A DNA stretch of 64,000 nt, from positions 28,708,001 to 28,772,000 of the forward strand of contig OZ076409.1 in assembly GCA_964187785.1 (NCBI GenBank), read 5' to 3'. A program made the position numbers and the translations under genes. Positions 39,021 to 50,792 of this stretch are shown here, in pieces (the stretch's first letter is position 1; each line of letters opens with the position of its first letter). Below the pieces are notes generated by a model. It saw only the letters and a program-made list of their open reading frames with translations. It made no database searches and was not told the origin of the DNA. This DNA is from Amphiscolops sp. MND2022 (lineage: Eukaryota).

Positions 39021-39723
39021 TGTAACGGCACCATCTTGTACATCAAAATCGGTCAAAACTTTCTGAAAAATTCTTATCCGATGTGTGACGCGGCACTAGG
39101 CATGCGATTTTCAATGCAAATCGAGGACGAGAGCAGACCGAACGAGAACACAAAGAATGAAAAATAGTCTGAGACCTCATAGAGACTGAAAATCTCGACA
39201 AGACTTTTTTAGGTGCTAACACCCGGTTTTTATCAATTTTCAGCATTATGCTACCCTATGTAGCGGTAACTGGAAATTGAGTTTTTCACCTGAAGATCTT
39301 TGTTTGGTACTTGGAGCCCCTGCGGCCCAGCTAGTAGCTGTGTGGTGTGCTAGATTTATGCGTGCTTTGATGTATTTTAACTGTTTTTAGGTGTATTTGC
39401 TAACCCGAGAGTTAGTTTGGGCCATTTTAGATGTTATTCCGATGTCACCCTAAAACTTGAAATTTGCCTTATTCTTGGCATTTTTTATTTGCTAGTTAAG
39501 CGCTGGTCTTTAGGGGGTCAGGGAGATGCTGTTACTATTAGCAATGAAAGACTAAGACTGGTTGGACGGTATTCGCTGAAGCACCCACGGCCCCGGGACG
39601 TATTTCACCGGAGGCAAAATGTATCTGCGGCAATGGGCGCCTGTACCGACCGATACACCCATTTCTGCAGGTTCCTCCACCTCAGTTAACGCGTTAAGCG
39701 ACCAATAACAGCTTGTCGTTACA
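39021..39723 (+). mobile_element. Solo LTR related to the E1 LTR
   Basis: TGTAACGGCA...GCTTGTCGTTACA; colinear with 8961-9733 but clearly diverged; no TSD (TGAAA vs AACTA). Confidence 0.85.
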
Positions 39724-40142
39724 AACTATAACAGTATCAAACATTATTCGGAAGATTCAACAGTGAGAGTGGAAGATAGAATTGCAACAGTATCCGACTA
39801 TTATCAGTGCAATCTTGTCTGTTTTTTTCCTATTCATTTTCAAGTCCTTGTAAATAGTAATTACTTCCGCTTCCTCTATGTAAAGATTACGTAGAACGTT
39901 TCTTTCATGGGTTTGATACTTTAGCATTTTCAACTTTACAACACTACATAGTTCTGTTCTGAATAGGCATCATTTGGTGGAAACATACTGGGTTTGCTGT
40001 AGACGAAAGTTTTTGTTGAGTTCTGCTCACTTTTGCTACATAGCGTTAGCACTCAAACATAATGGTATACAGCACAGAGCAAAAAGCCGTACTTCCGTCG
40101 TCATAACCTCTACTATTCACGTCAGTCGTCCGGTTCCGGCGA

Positions 40143-42386
40143 TGTCGAACCCATGCTGTTGGGTCGGCTTTGAAGGACCTTTTGAGCTAGACGGCTGAGA
40201 TTCGTTATTATTCTTGCTTACAATCGCCATCATTAAGTCCTTCAGTTGACTAAACTCCTGGTGTAACTCATTAATTCGGCGTTCATAAATTTCCTTTGTT
40301 TCAGATAACTGAGAAGAGATATCCGAATTGTCGTTGGTGTCAGAATCATTTGAGTTTGCCTGAGCCATGTCTGGATCTGCTGGAGAAGATGTTTCTGACG
40401 AAGAATTTATAACCCTACCACTTCTAAGTTCGGTACCTTGGTCTGGGTTCATGTAGCTGAGAGAAAAGAAATATGAGTGAAGACTGGATTATCTGAGATG
40501 CTGTTCTAAGTATTTTACTGATTTAAGTATTTATTCGATCTCAAATTCACTAATCTGAACTGAGATGTTTTAGAGATGAAGTCGTACAAGTAAGTCGTTA
40601 GGTGAGAACAAGGAAATTAGTAAGGTAGCTAGGAAAGTTCATCCAGTTTTCATCGCAATCATAAATGCACCAAGGAAATTACTCAGTTTCAGTTCTATAG
40701 TTTCTGAAGATGAAATAGAGATATATTTTCAAGTAGAATTCTGGCGTGAACTATTCAACTGGTTGGTAACTTGTCGCAATTCGGTCTGAATAATCGCTAA
40801 TGGCGGTCCAAATTACAGCAGTTCACGTGTCTTTTCGGTTGGTAAGACGCTAAATCTCTTACCAACCTTCTCTCATTGGCTGTTACCAGCTGGTGTTAAA
40901 ATGGTAAGTCACGTGACCGGTGTTGTGAACTGCCGCAAAGTGGCCACGCATCATGGTACATCTACATATGTTAATGGTGTTTAGTCATCAATTTACAATG
41001 TCGCAATTGCCTGCACGCAGCATCATGGTTTCTATAGCAACTAAAATGAGCTCAAATCATTCAATAACGCACTAATTTCAAGTCAATTTAAGATAAAGCG
41101 CAATTCGGGATGGGAAAACGATGTTTTCCGCTGATTCTAGCACCAAAACCAATGATTTAAAAATTGAAGATGGAAATGCGATGAACTTGTAAGAATATTT
41201 GTTGATTTTCAAGTCTAGTTTAGCTCTGGATGAAAATGCGATGAATGGTGGTCTTTCTCGCTCGAAAATCAACACAATTTAAACTGACGATGATAAAAGG
41301 ATGAACTCCACGTATAATTTGCCAATTTCCAGCACAGATTAAAATGACGATGAATTCGGGATGAATTCAGTCGATAAACGCTAATTCTAGCACAAGTGAA
41401 TTTTTGGCGATGGGTTTAAGATGAGCTTGTCAGTTGAAACAGCAAATACCAAAGCAATACAAATTGGCGATGAGTTTAGGATGAACTCACCAGTTAAAAC
41501 ACCGAATACTAAAGCAATTCAATTTAGCGATGAGTTTAGGATGAACTCATCCACTAAAATGGTTAATTCTCAGCACAAACGAAATCAAGATGAATTAAGG
41601 ATGGGTTTACTAAACAAAATCAGATAACCAGCACATTCACTCTTTTTTAGGATGGATTAAGGATGTACTTTCTCATTTTCCTTCTATGCTAGTGAATACG
41701 ATGAATAAAGGATGGGTTACTGTCCTTTAAGGAATGAGAAGCACATTGAAATTTCTTTACATGAAATACAACGATGAATTTAAGATGAAATTACTAAAAT
41801 AAGGTCCCATAAAATCCGCTGATGGATTAGTGATGAAAAGTCAGTTTAACGTCCCAATCGTTGTTCATATGCAATTCTGGAGATGAAATTGCGATGAACT
41901 TCATTCAAAATAGCTCCAAATTAAATCCGCTGATGGATCTAATGAATTTATCAATCAATTCGGGTTCATCGTTAAGTCCGCTGATGGACTAGCGATGAAC
42001 TTGGTGAAAGTGTTGTCACGACTACAAGTCCTGAGGCGGGGAGCTAGTAGAAGTTACAGCTTTCATCGTTTATACATCTCTCGGTCCAGTTTGACCGGAA
42101 CACTTCTCTCCCTTGTCGTGACAAACCAATATTTATGGATTATAGCACATTCGAGACTATTTTGGCAAGATCATTTATGCGGACACCGGAACTAGAGCGC
42201 TCAGTATTAAGTAAATATATATAACTCAAACTCATGGGGAAATGGGGACTAAGTATAAGTAACGTAGGGTTGCACCAACCATGGTCCTTATTATATGACA
42301 TCATATTGCCCATATCTAAGTACATAAGACATAATATTTACATTACAGATATTTAGTAGATTATATTTCCATCATGCTGGCATGAC
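40143..42386 (-). repeat. E4 3' LTR (~2.24 kb)
   Basis: About 25 differences from the 5' LTR by manual comparison (~99% identity). Confidence 0.93.
41109..41998 (+). repeat. Degenerate 60-bp-period array of GATG-N7-GATG in the E4 3' LTR
   Basis: Motif starts at 41109, 41169, 41229, 41289, 41349, 41409, 41469, 41529, 41589, 41651, 41700, 41773, 41821, 41882 and 41983. Confidence 0.9.
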
Positions 42387-43529
42387 TCTCCACGGGGCGG
42401 GATTTGGACTGAGAGTGCAGGGGCCAAATGTGCAGAGGATGGTTGTCTCGGCGTTGGCTTCGACTGTTTCCTTCGTTTGGTTAGGGAGAAAATTGATCCT
42501 TCGTTTGTTCTGAATTGTCATTCCCTTCGTTTGTTCTGTCCTGTGTAAACCTTCTCTGAGAAGAGGACTTTCGGCAATCGTCATATCTGGCTTCATGCTG
42601 GGTGATTTTGGTTAAATTGTTTCGACGCGGCAACTCTAGTTCTTGGCCCATCGAATGTCCGCTGATCTGCATTTTATTGGTTGTCATGCTTTTGATGGGA
42701 GTTTCGGCTGGTTATTTTCGGTAGAAGCTGATTTCTCGGAGAAAAGTTTCCCTCCAAAACGCATACACTGAACAAACAGTTCGACTAGCTTCATTGATAA
42801 GTTTGCAGCGAGTCGAGGATGAATGAACGATGAATTGTTTACACAGCGAGACATCGATATTGATTTAGCAGACGACTGGCACCGTTGCTCTACTATCAGT
42901 TTTCGCGATAGGAAAGAGATGAATTGTTGTCATAGCAACCGTTGAAGCTACTTCCGCTGTCTGACTTCTCAGCGATGAGAGAGAGATGAACTGTCGCCAT
43001 AGCAATCACTGCTAAAATCTGATTGGCTGAAAACTGAATTTTCTGAACTGGAGGAGATCCAACCGGTCATCAACAAACATTCTCATCCTTGAATCATCTT
43101 TCGTCAAGTCGGTTTGAAAATCGCCACGATTTACTTTGCGCGTTTCCGCTCAACTTCATCGGTATTGATCTGAGACTGGCAGCTGTCATCAAAATCAAAT
43201 ACTTGAAGCTTTTGTAGTCAAATTCTGGGGGGTGATTCATTTCCAGAGAAAATTGTCAAGTTGGTTGAACTAGGAAGAAAAGTGTAGGCAGTCATTGAAA
43301 TCGGAGAGTTTTCATCGATTTTCCATCTTCTGAATTTCAAGTATTTGGTTTGTCCTGGCACTCAAGCTGCATTCGCGCTCTTTGAAAATTTCCGTGAATT
43401 TGTATTTCGCAATCATGGTTGATCAGGCCATTTAATTACTGATCAAATTCTTATCCTCAGATTCTTCGATTTCGTTCCTTTCCTCACTCTCTTCCGTTCC
43501 TTTTCAGATTGTTTTGCAAACCTACAGCG

Positions 43530-46500
43530 ATGTCCGACATCCATATTGATTATTCTCTTCCAGAGACTGAAGCTACAGAAAGTAAGTGCACTATTTTCTT
43601 TTCTTTCACAAACGGGTCAGGGTACAATTAGGTGCTGAAGACGCGTCTTGGTTTTTTAGCGGACTCAGTTCAATCTGTCGGCGTCGTCTCTGAGCTGACT
43701 ACCTTGCAGACCGTGCCGCCTCAAGAGGCTCCTGAAGCTCAAGCAGCAGCTCCTGAACCTCAGTTTCAACCTGATCAACCGCTTGGTCAGGCTCCCAACG
43801 TCCCGTACCTTCCGCAGTGTAAGTTCTGTCCTTCCAGATCTTCAATTCAGTCTACGATCTCTTCATTTCTCATCTCTGGTTCCTTCAGATGTTGACTCTT
43901 TCCGTTTTGATGTTTAGATCACTATCCTTGGAATGTCTCCCTCGGTAGCATCACCTTCGGGTGGTATGATCGCCACATGCGGGACATGCTACGAGATAGC
44001 ATCCAGCAGTATAGTGAGTTGACTCCTTTTCACTTTTCCGTCTGTACTAAGGCATCGTCCGGACACTCCGATGTAATTCCGATGTAAAAATCTCATCTGC
44101 ATGTAGTGCCCTTCGCGGTCGATTACCTATAAAATTCATTTTTTAAGATGAATTTGGGATGTGTCATGGACCTTCACAGTCCTTCGTGACTGATTCACTG
44201 CAAATTCCATTCTTGAAGATGATTTTTAGATGAATTCTTCTCCGGTCTTCTTTCTTCGCGCGGCGTACGCGCTCTTTCTTCTCCAATCGTCGTCATCTGA
44301 TTACTGTTTCTTCTTTCAAGCCCGACTCCCATCCATGCGCCAAGACCTCGTCCTATTTCCTACTCAGTGGGTATAGGGACGAGTGATTTTGGTGCATCCC
44401 AGATTGATGCCGGCACACAAGTGGCGCCTCCTCCGTTGGAGATGTCTTCTTTTCTCCAGGACCTCTGTTTGGATGCAGTTAGCTCTCCAGTGGAACGTGC
44501 CCCAGTGTCGGTGCTTTCGCCGAACCTCTAGCGATTCCTGGACCGCGAGTCAGCAATTCGAAGTCCTCCTCCTCCTCCTCGCGTCACTGTAGACGCAGGA
44601 GTCAGTGCCGTCGTCACTCCTGTGGATGTGGCAGTCGATGTCTGCGTGGCTGTTGTTGACCAGTCCATTCAGGCCGTTGTGGAAACTGGCGAGACTTCCA
44701 CGGATTACGATCCTCCTGTGGAAACTCTTTCGGCTGCTCCCTCTTCGCCAGCTACTAGCGTCCCTGAAACTGTGGAGGCTGACGTTGAGCAGTCTGACGT
44801 GCCATCAACTGACAGCACTGATACCCTTCTTGAGGCAGTCGAGGATGTCCCTGCTGGTGATCCTCTGTCCGCTGAGCCTGCTCCAGAAGGTGCTGTTCCC
44901 GGTCTGGTTCCTGTGTCTGCTGAGACGTCTCCCATGGGACCCAGTCTCGTGGACTCCGACGACGAGCCCATTGCGCCTCGCTTGCCAGGTTACCTAAACA
45001 GCTTTAACCCTGTGAAGTATCTGATCGGTAACTTTTATTCATTTCTTTTTTCATTTCCACTTTCACCAGTGTTTTTTTCTCGTCATTCTTCTTTTCCATC
45101 TTTTTTTCCATCGTTTTTCTGTTTTTTCTATATGATTTTCTGCAGTTTTTCATTTTCCATCACTTTCTCATCGTCAAAAGTCTTGAGTATAGCGTTTTTT
45201 CTTTTCTGATCATTTTTTTTAGAACTTTCCATCTCTTTCACATCCTTAAATTTTCTCATTCGGCTTTTAGCTATTTTCGTCGTTTTTCTTTTCAGTTTAC
45301 ATCTCTTTTTCATCGTCAAGTTATTTTCGCTCTAAAATATCTCAAAGCTCAGGTTCAAAGTCGTTCTATACATCTCTTTTTCATCGTTCGAGGCTTTTTC
45401 GTCTTTTAAAGTTTCAATTTTCTGTTCTGGTGGCTTGCAAACACATCTCTTTTTCATCTTTTCATTTTTTCTTCGGTTTTCGTTTGTATTTCCGATGAAA
45501 ATATTATTTTACATCATTTTTTTATCACTCCGGGGAGCTTTCAGAAGTTTTCATTGGAATATCGAGTTTTCGTTTTCTGAGGATGTGTAGAAGACGAGTT
45601 TTACAATTTCGTTTCACTTGTGATTTCCAGGGAGGAAGATTCTAAAGGTAACGTGGTTTAACCACGCCTATTGTGGATTGGCGCTCGGATTTGCAAAGGA
45701 CCATCTGACGCGGGACTCGTACGTGAGGTGTCTGCTTTGTAAGCAGGATGTAAAGATAGCCGGTCGTGGGATCACAACGTTCTACGAGCATTGTCGGCGG
45801 GTCAGGCATCACCGACTGGACAGCTTGATACGTTTACGAAGGGGCTTACCATTACGTAGACGAGATGGGACTCTGATGTCGGAGGCGGATTCCACAGCGT
45901 TCGCTTTAACAATAGCTGGCGAGAGTATTCCACAGGTCGAAGTCTGTCCTGACACGACTGTATTAGAGGCGCTACAGATCGAGGCGGAAGGCGGTTCTGT
46001 GTGGCGCGATGGATCTGAAGTTTCAGAGGATCGACAAGTCGAGAGTGTGCGTCTCTTCCTGTGTTTGGTTGTCGATGCGATGTACCGCGATTGTGACTTT
46101 TCCAGCGTGCGGTACCTCTGGGATTTGATCGTCGCGTCAAATCGTCAACATTCGTCGCTGTTCGGCGCAGGTTGTCAGGATTCGGACGTTCTGGTAATTC
46201 TTTTAGGATTATATGTATTATATGTTTTGCATGTTACATGTAGGTGTGATCGTAAGATGCTTTAAGTGTGAACTTGTGGAACCGGTTATTATAATGTGAC
46301 GTGGAGAAATTATTATGTAGATGACACGGTGTTTTGATCCAGAGATACTAGTGTATTACGTGAACGTGTATCGTATTTAGTTTTTTGTGTTTAGAGTGTG
46401 GTGTTGTTGGGGCTATGGCCGTATGTGATGCGGCGAGTGATGGGGCTGTGGTCCGAGACGGAGTACCATAGCTTCAGCATCACTAATGTAGCAGGCAAAG

Positions 46501-48259
46501 TGGTCGGTACTTTGACGGTCTGCACTTTGGAAGGGCCAGTCAGCTATATCCTGTTCTCTCTGGCATATGGACAAGCGTGGGATCAGGAAGTCGTTGCATG
46601 GATGACTAATCTGCTGTGTTGTCGGGTGGGGCGAATGGTGCCTGTGGGCATCAATTGTGGCCTATTGCCAAGGGTGGAGGCTGCTTTGTGTCCTTCTTCT
46701 GGGCCTCAGGCTGTTGTTCTGGTACCACTCAAGCTCAGTGACTTGAATCAGTGCCAGGTGGACGTTAGTGTGAGGGTGATGGGAGGGACTGATCTTCATT
46801 CAATCCTAAACCATCTTCATGCTAGGTTGAAAGAGTTCGTTCGTTATCCGATTCTGTTGGCTTGCCCGAAATTATTGGAGGTAATTGTACAGTTTAGTTC
46901 GTTTAATGTGTATCTCCCTGAGATCAGGCGTGTTGAGTAATTTTGTATCTGGGTCGAAGTTGAGAGTAGTGATTTGCTAATAATTATATGTATTCTTGGT
47001 GTTTTAGTCTGTTCTTGCTGTTGAGGTGACACTCTGGGAAGTCCTCACAGAGCTATATACCAATTGGGCAGAGATCTCCTGTCTCTTACGCGTTGCCAGT
47101 AGTTCGGGCGTCATTGATTGCTTGGATTTCGTTCTCTGTGGTGACCCAAGTGTGTCACTCCGTTTGCATGCACTGGCAATCGTTTTTCGTGCGAGTATGT
47201 ACTAATAGTTTTGTAGACTAGGATTTATCGGGTGTGGGTTTTGGTTGATTTTACAGTTGTACATTATAGCGGTCGGTTTGGGTGTAAATGTTATGTACAT
47301 ATTATTATTATTTGTGTTTTGTTTTAGTGGTTACATCTTATCGCTGGAGTTTTTGCAGCAATGGGCTGAGAGGCTGTCACTGGGCCTACGAGAGTTCCTG
47401 TTTCGTCCGTTCAATCCTGTTGCGGTTGTTTGACGATGAAGACCTGCCGGCTGAGACTAATGTACGAGCCTGTCTGGGTTTGGATGTCGACAGTCTTGTG
47501 GTCTCTGAAGCGAAGCAAGCCGCTCTACGTGAGGAGTTTCTGGTGCACCTTTGTGACTTTGAGGGGCCAAATGCTTTTGACGAGCATGTTGCCATGGTCA
47601 GAAGTTTCTTGCTGGTGCTGGTGGAAGCGATCTTGAACTGTCACGGGATGAAAGAGGCCGTGACATTCCATCTGAGCTTGTGTTTTCCGGCTGTGTTGCT
47701 ATCTGGTGAAACTGCTGTACTTACAAATGAGGTTGAACTATTTACCGGCTTGCTGATGGATCTTCGGAAGACCAAACTCTCCGAAAAGCGACGTCTGGAT
47801 GGTAGTTTCAGAACATTTTTAGCAAACTACCGGCGTGATGCAACTGATGTCGCTATTGACAGCTGTAGTTCGGCTGTAGATATTCTTCGTGCATGTGACA
47901 CTGTGCATTCGCAACGTTTGTTTCGCTTCCTCATGTGTCTGAGTGGGAGTCCTCTCTTCCCTGCTAGTCTGAGCTGTGTGAGTGTGGGGCTATTGCGCAG
48001 CAGTGTTACCAGCAGTGTATGTGCTAGTATTTTGAGCTTCTTGAAAGCCCATTGCATTCGTCATTCGGATAGCGTTAGTGGTCCCCTGTTGGAGGAAATC
48101 GGCGACGCAATGAGTCGGTTCACTGTCTTATCGGAGATGACAGAGGATATGGTATGGGACGATGTCGGAGTCGTAGCAGATGAAGCGTATCGCCAAGACT
48201 TGTACCGCCTTATGGGCTTTACTGCAGAGGGAGAATGGGCCCCTAGTCCGGAAATTTAG
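43530..48259 (+). CDS. E4 antisense cargo gene, ~8 coding exons, ~1050 aa, zinc-finger/hAT-transposase-like protein
   Basis: Predicted exons 43530-43581, 43660-43818, 43918-44013, ~44230/44321-~44990 (uncertain, contains a stop), 45631-46193, 46395-46880, 47008-47194 and 47328-48259. GT..AG sites are phase-compatible at all junctions checked outside exon 4. CLLC-x16-H-x5-H finger. Confidence 0.8.
45097..45530 (-). repeat. CATC-N7-CATC array (~71-bp period) in the cargo-gene intron
   Basis: Motif starts at 45158, 45230, 45300, 45371 and 45444. Confidence 0.8.
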
Positions 48260-48584
48260 ACTTGCAGCTTGTAATGATTTTGATTTGTACCAATTTGTGT
48301 GTATTTATTATTTAGTGTTTTGATTATATTACAGTACATTTTAATGTAATCATGGGCGAACCAAAGTAAAGGGGAATTGTTTGTGGGTGGGATTTTAACA
48401 AGAAAAAAAATGCTGCGTCGGACAAAACGGTGGCATAGTTGTGTAGGTTAATGAAATATTTGGTGCCTGAAATTGTTTTTGATTTGAGTCAGTAGTAGTA
48501 GATACTCTAAGTAGTGGAAATTTGTGTTTCATAACTTTCGTAGTCTAATAGGTTACGTCATTTATCTTTCCGAGTTCCAGCAGT

Positions 48585-48966
48585 CATCACTATCACATCT
48601 CTTTTATTTTCGTAATTTTTATGATTTTTTGTTACGATGTTCATCGTTATTACATCTCGTGTAGGTGTGGCTAATTCATCAGCGTTTTCATTTTGATGTC
48701 TCATCTCATTTTCATCGTGTTTACCTCAGTCTGCCGAGCGACGTCGCGAAAACTGTTTTCTCATCTTTTTTACATCGTTCGTTATATGTGAGTCAGTGCA
48801 TGTTGTTACATGTGGTTTTTTCTACATAGATCATCGTTTTTTCATCTTGCGTTTCCATTTTATCATTTTGGCGAGTTATTTGCTGTAATTCATCGTTTTT
48901 GCATCGTACGTTTTGACATTTCGAAATTTTGCTCATTTTGCTGCGGAGTTCACCTTCTTTTCATCG
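48585..48966 (-). repeat. CATC-N7-CATC array (~60-bp period) downstream of the cargo gene
   Basis: Motif starts at 48585, 48642, 48702, 48762, 48832, 48891 and (degenerate) 48951. Confidence 0.85.
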
Positions 48967-50360
48967 TATTTTTGGAAAATATTTACTTTGCGTGTTTTTC
49001 GTGTTTATTTTGCTATAACGTAATCGAGGAATGCGTCTTTCATGGTGGATGAGGGTATTTTATCAATTTTGCGGTGGTTTCGGAGTGTTTTCTTCATGTA
49101 TTTTAGTGTTATATGGTGTTGATCGTTTGTCAGGTTATCGAGATTGCATGAATTTTAGTGTACATGTGTCATACTCGTTTTCGTTGCGTTTCGGATTTGT
49201 CATAGTTTGAATATCATTGCATGAATCATTTTTTCGGACTCTTGTGACCGCCGCTTGCGTGGCAGTCGAAGAGATGTTCACTCAGCAATGGTATTGGCAC
49301 CCCGTAGGCGTGCAAGGTTCTTGAGGTACCAATCCAGAGCTGGGTGAGTGGAGCTGCTCCGCTCCTTTCAGATGAATGAAATCTCTCAGTTTTGAGCTAT
49401 ATATAGTCTTCATGTTAATTTTTACGTGTCGGTTGTTTGTCATCAGACGTCGAAATGGGTTTGTCCATTTGACGTTTAATCTGATCAATCAAGGTGATTG
49501 ACATCTACGGTTTTGCATGTTTCGAATTATTAAATTTTGTGATATTGTGTGGTTTCATGTTCGCGTGTTTTCATAATGTATTCCTTTAAATGGGTTGCCC
49601 CATTATCGACATGTTGTTATATGTTCGGTGTTAGTTTCATGTATTTTAATTTGGTGTTTTTATTTTCGTTCATTTGGACAGGGCTTTGTCGTCACAAAGC
49701 CCCTACGAAACTAACTGAGAATCCACTAGCCGCTGGATAACCAACGCAGCAAGCTTCATCCGAATATGGTTGTGAGCTCCCCGCCTCAACTAACCAGCAC
49801 TCTTTTCAGAGAAATGCCAGCCAGCACGAAGGAATGTTTTTTGGCTTTTCGATGGGGGTATTTTGCTTGTTATGAACTGATGTTTACTGGGTGGCTCGCT
49901 CCTTTATTCGTTTTGTGGGTATTTCGTCAGTTCTTATATTTTGCATGTAAGTTAGTAGGCTTCATGTATTTTCGATTGTTTGTTTCATTTTTATTCGTCT
50001 CGGTTTGAATGGCTTTGGTGTGAATTGCATATATTATCTCGTTCATTTTTAAACGGTACATGTATATTTCCGTGTGTTGCTCATTTGTATTGCATGTAGT
50101 TTGGAGTTGTCAATTTCTTTCGTGACGTCATTGATTTGGCAGGTCTTTGAACCTTACATGTATTGATCATTCCATTTTTGTGTCGCATAATTCTATTTGC
50201 GTGATTCGAAATAAAGTCGGCTGTTTTTTATCGTTTCGTGGAGTTACATGTTGTTTGGGAATTAGCTGATTTATTGTGATGTTATGTTGATGGTGTTTCC
50301 CATCACAAGGAGGTTTTCGTAAGTCATTTAATATTTTCGAACTTCCATTTAGACTAAATT

Positions 50361-50765
50361 CATCGTTTTGACATCCTCCAGCGAAGCTAGAGTATCGTGT
50401 CAGGCTAACGATAATTTCGGTCACGATTTGATGGTAGTTTCCATCACAAATTCATCTCATTAATTGTTTTCATGTAAGTTCTGAATAATTGAATCGAGTT
50501 CATCGCTATTTCATCCTCTAGCCGAGCTAGAGTATTATGATAGCATGAACGTGAGTGCGTTCGCATTCTGATGGCATTTTCCATCTCAAATGCATCGCTA
50601 GTAAATATTGCATGTTGATTGGTCGAATTTTTGACTAAGTTCATCACTTTTTCATCTCTCGTGTGTCTGAGATAAATTTTCATGTGATTTCATCCTTTTT
50701 TCATCTCAAAATTTTATGTGTTGTTTTTTCTGGTTTTTTGGTCGTTTTTCATCCGTTTTACATCG
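50361..50765 (-). repeat. CATC-N7-CATC array just downstream of the pol stop
   Basis: Motif starts at 50361, 50442, 50501, 50582, 50642, 50691 and 50750. Confidence 0.85.
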
Positions 50766-50792
50766 TGTGTTTAGAAATGTGGTTTTTCGTGG

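Noticed and set aside
41421..41627. ORF with a 20-aa repeat (DEFRMNS)
   Set aside because: By-product of the 60-bp DNA period; neighbouring units contain stops.
41109..41998. CRISPR-like repeat/spacer appearance of the 60-bp array
   Set aside because: The conserved part is only two 4-5 bp half-sites, spacers are mutually related, the context is a eukaryotic LTR, and there are no cas genes.
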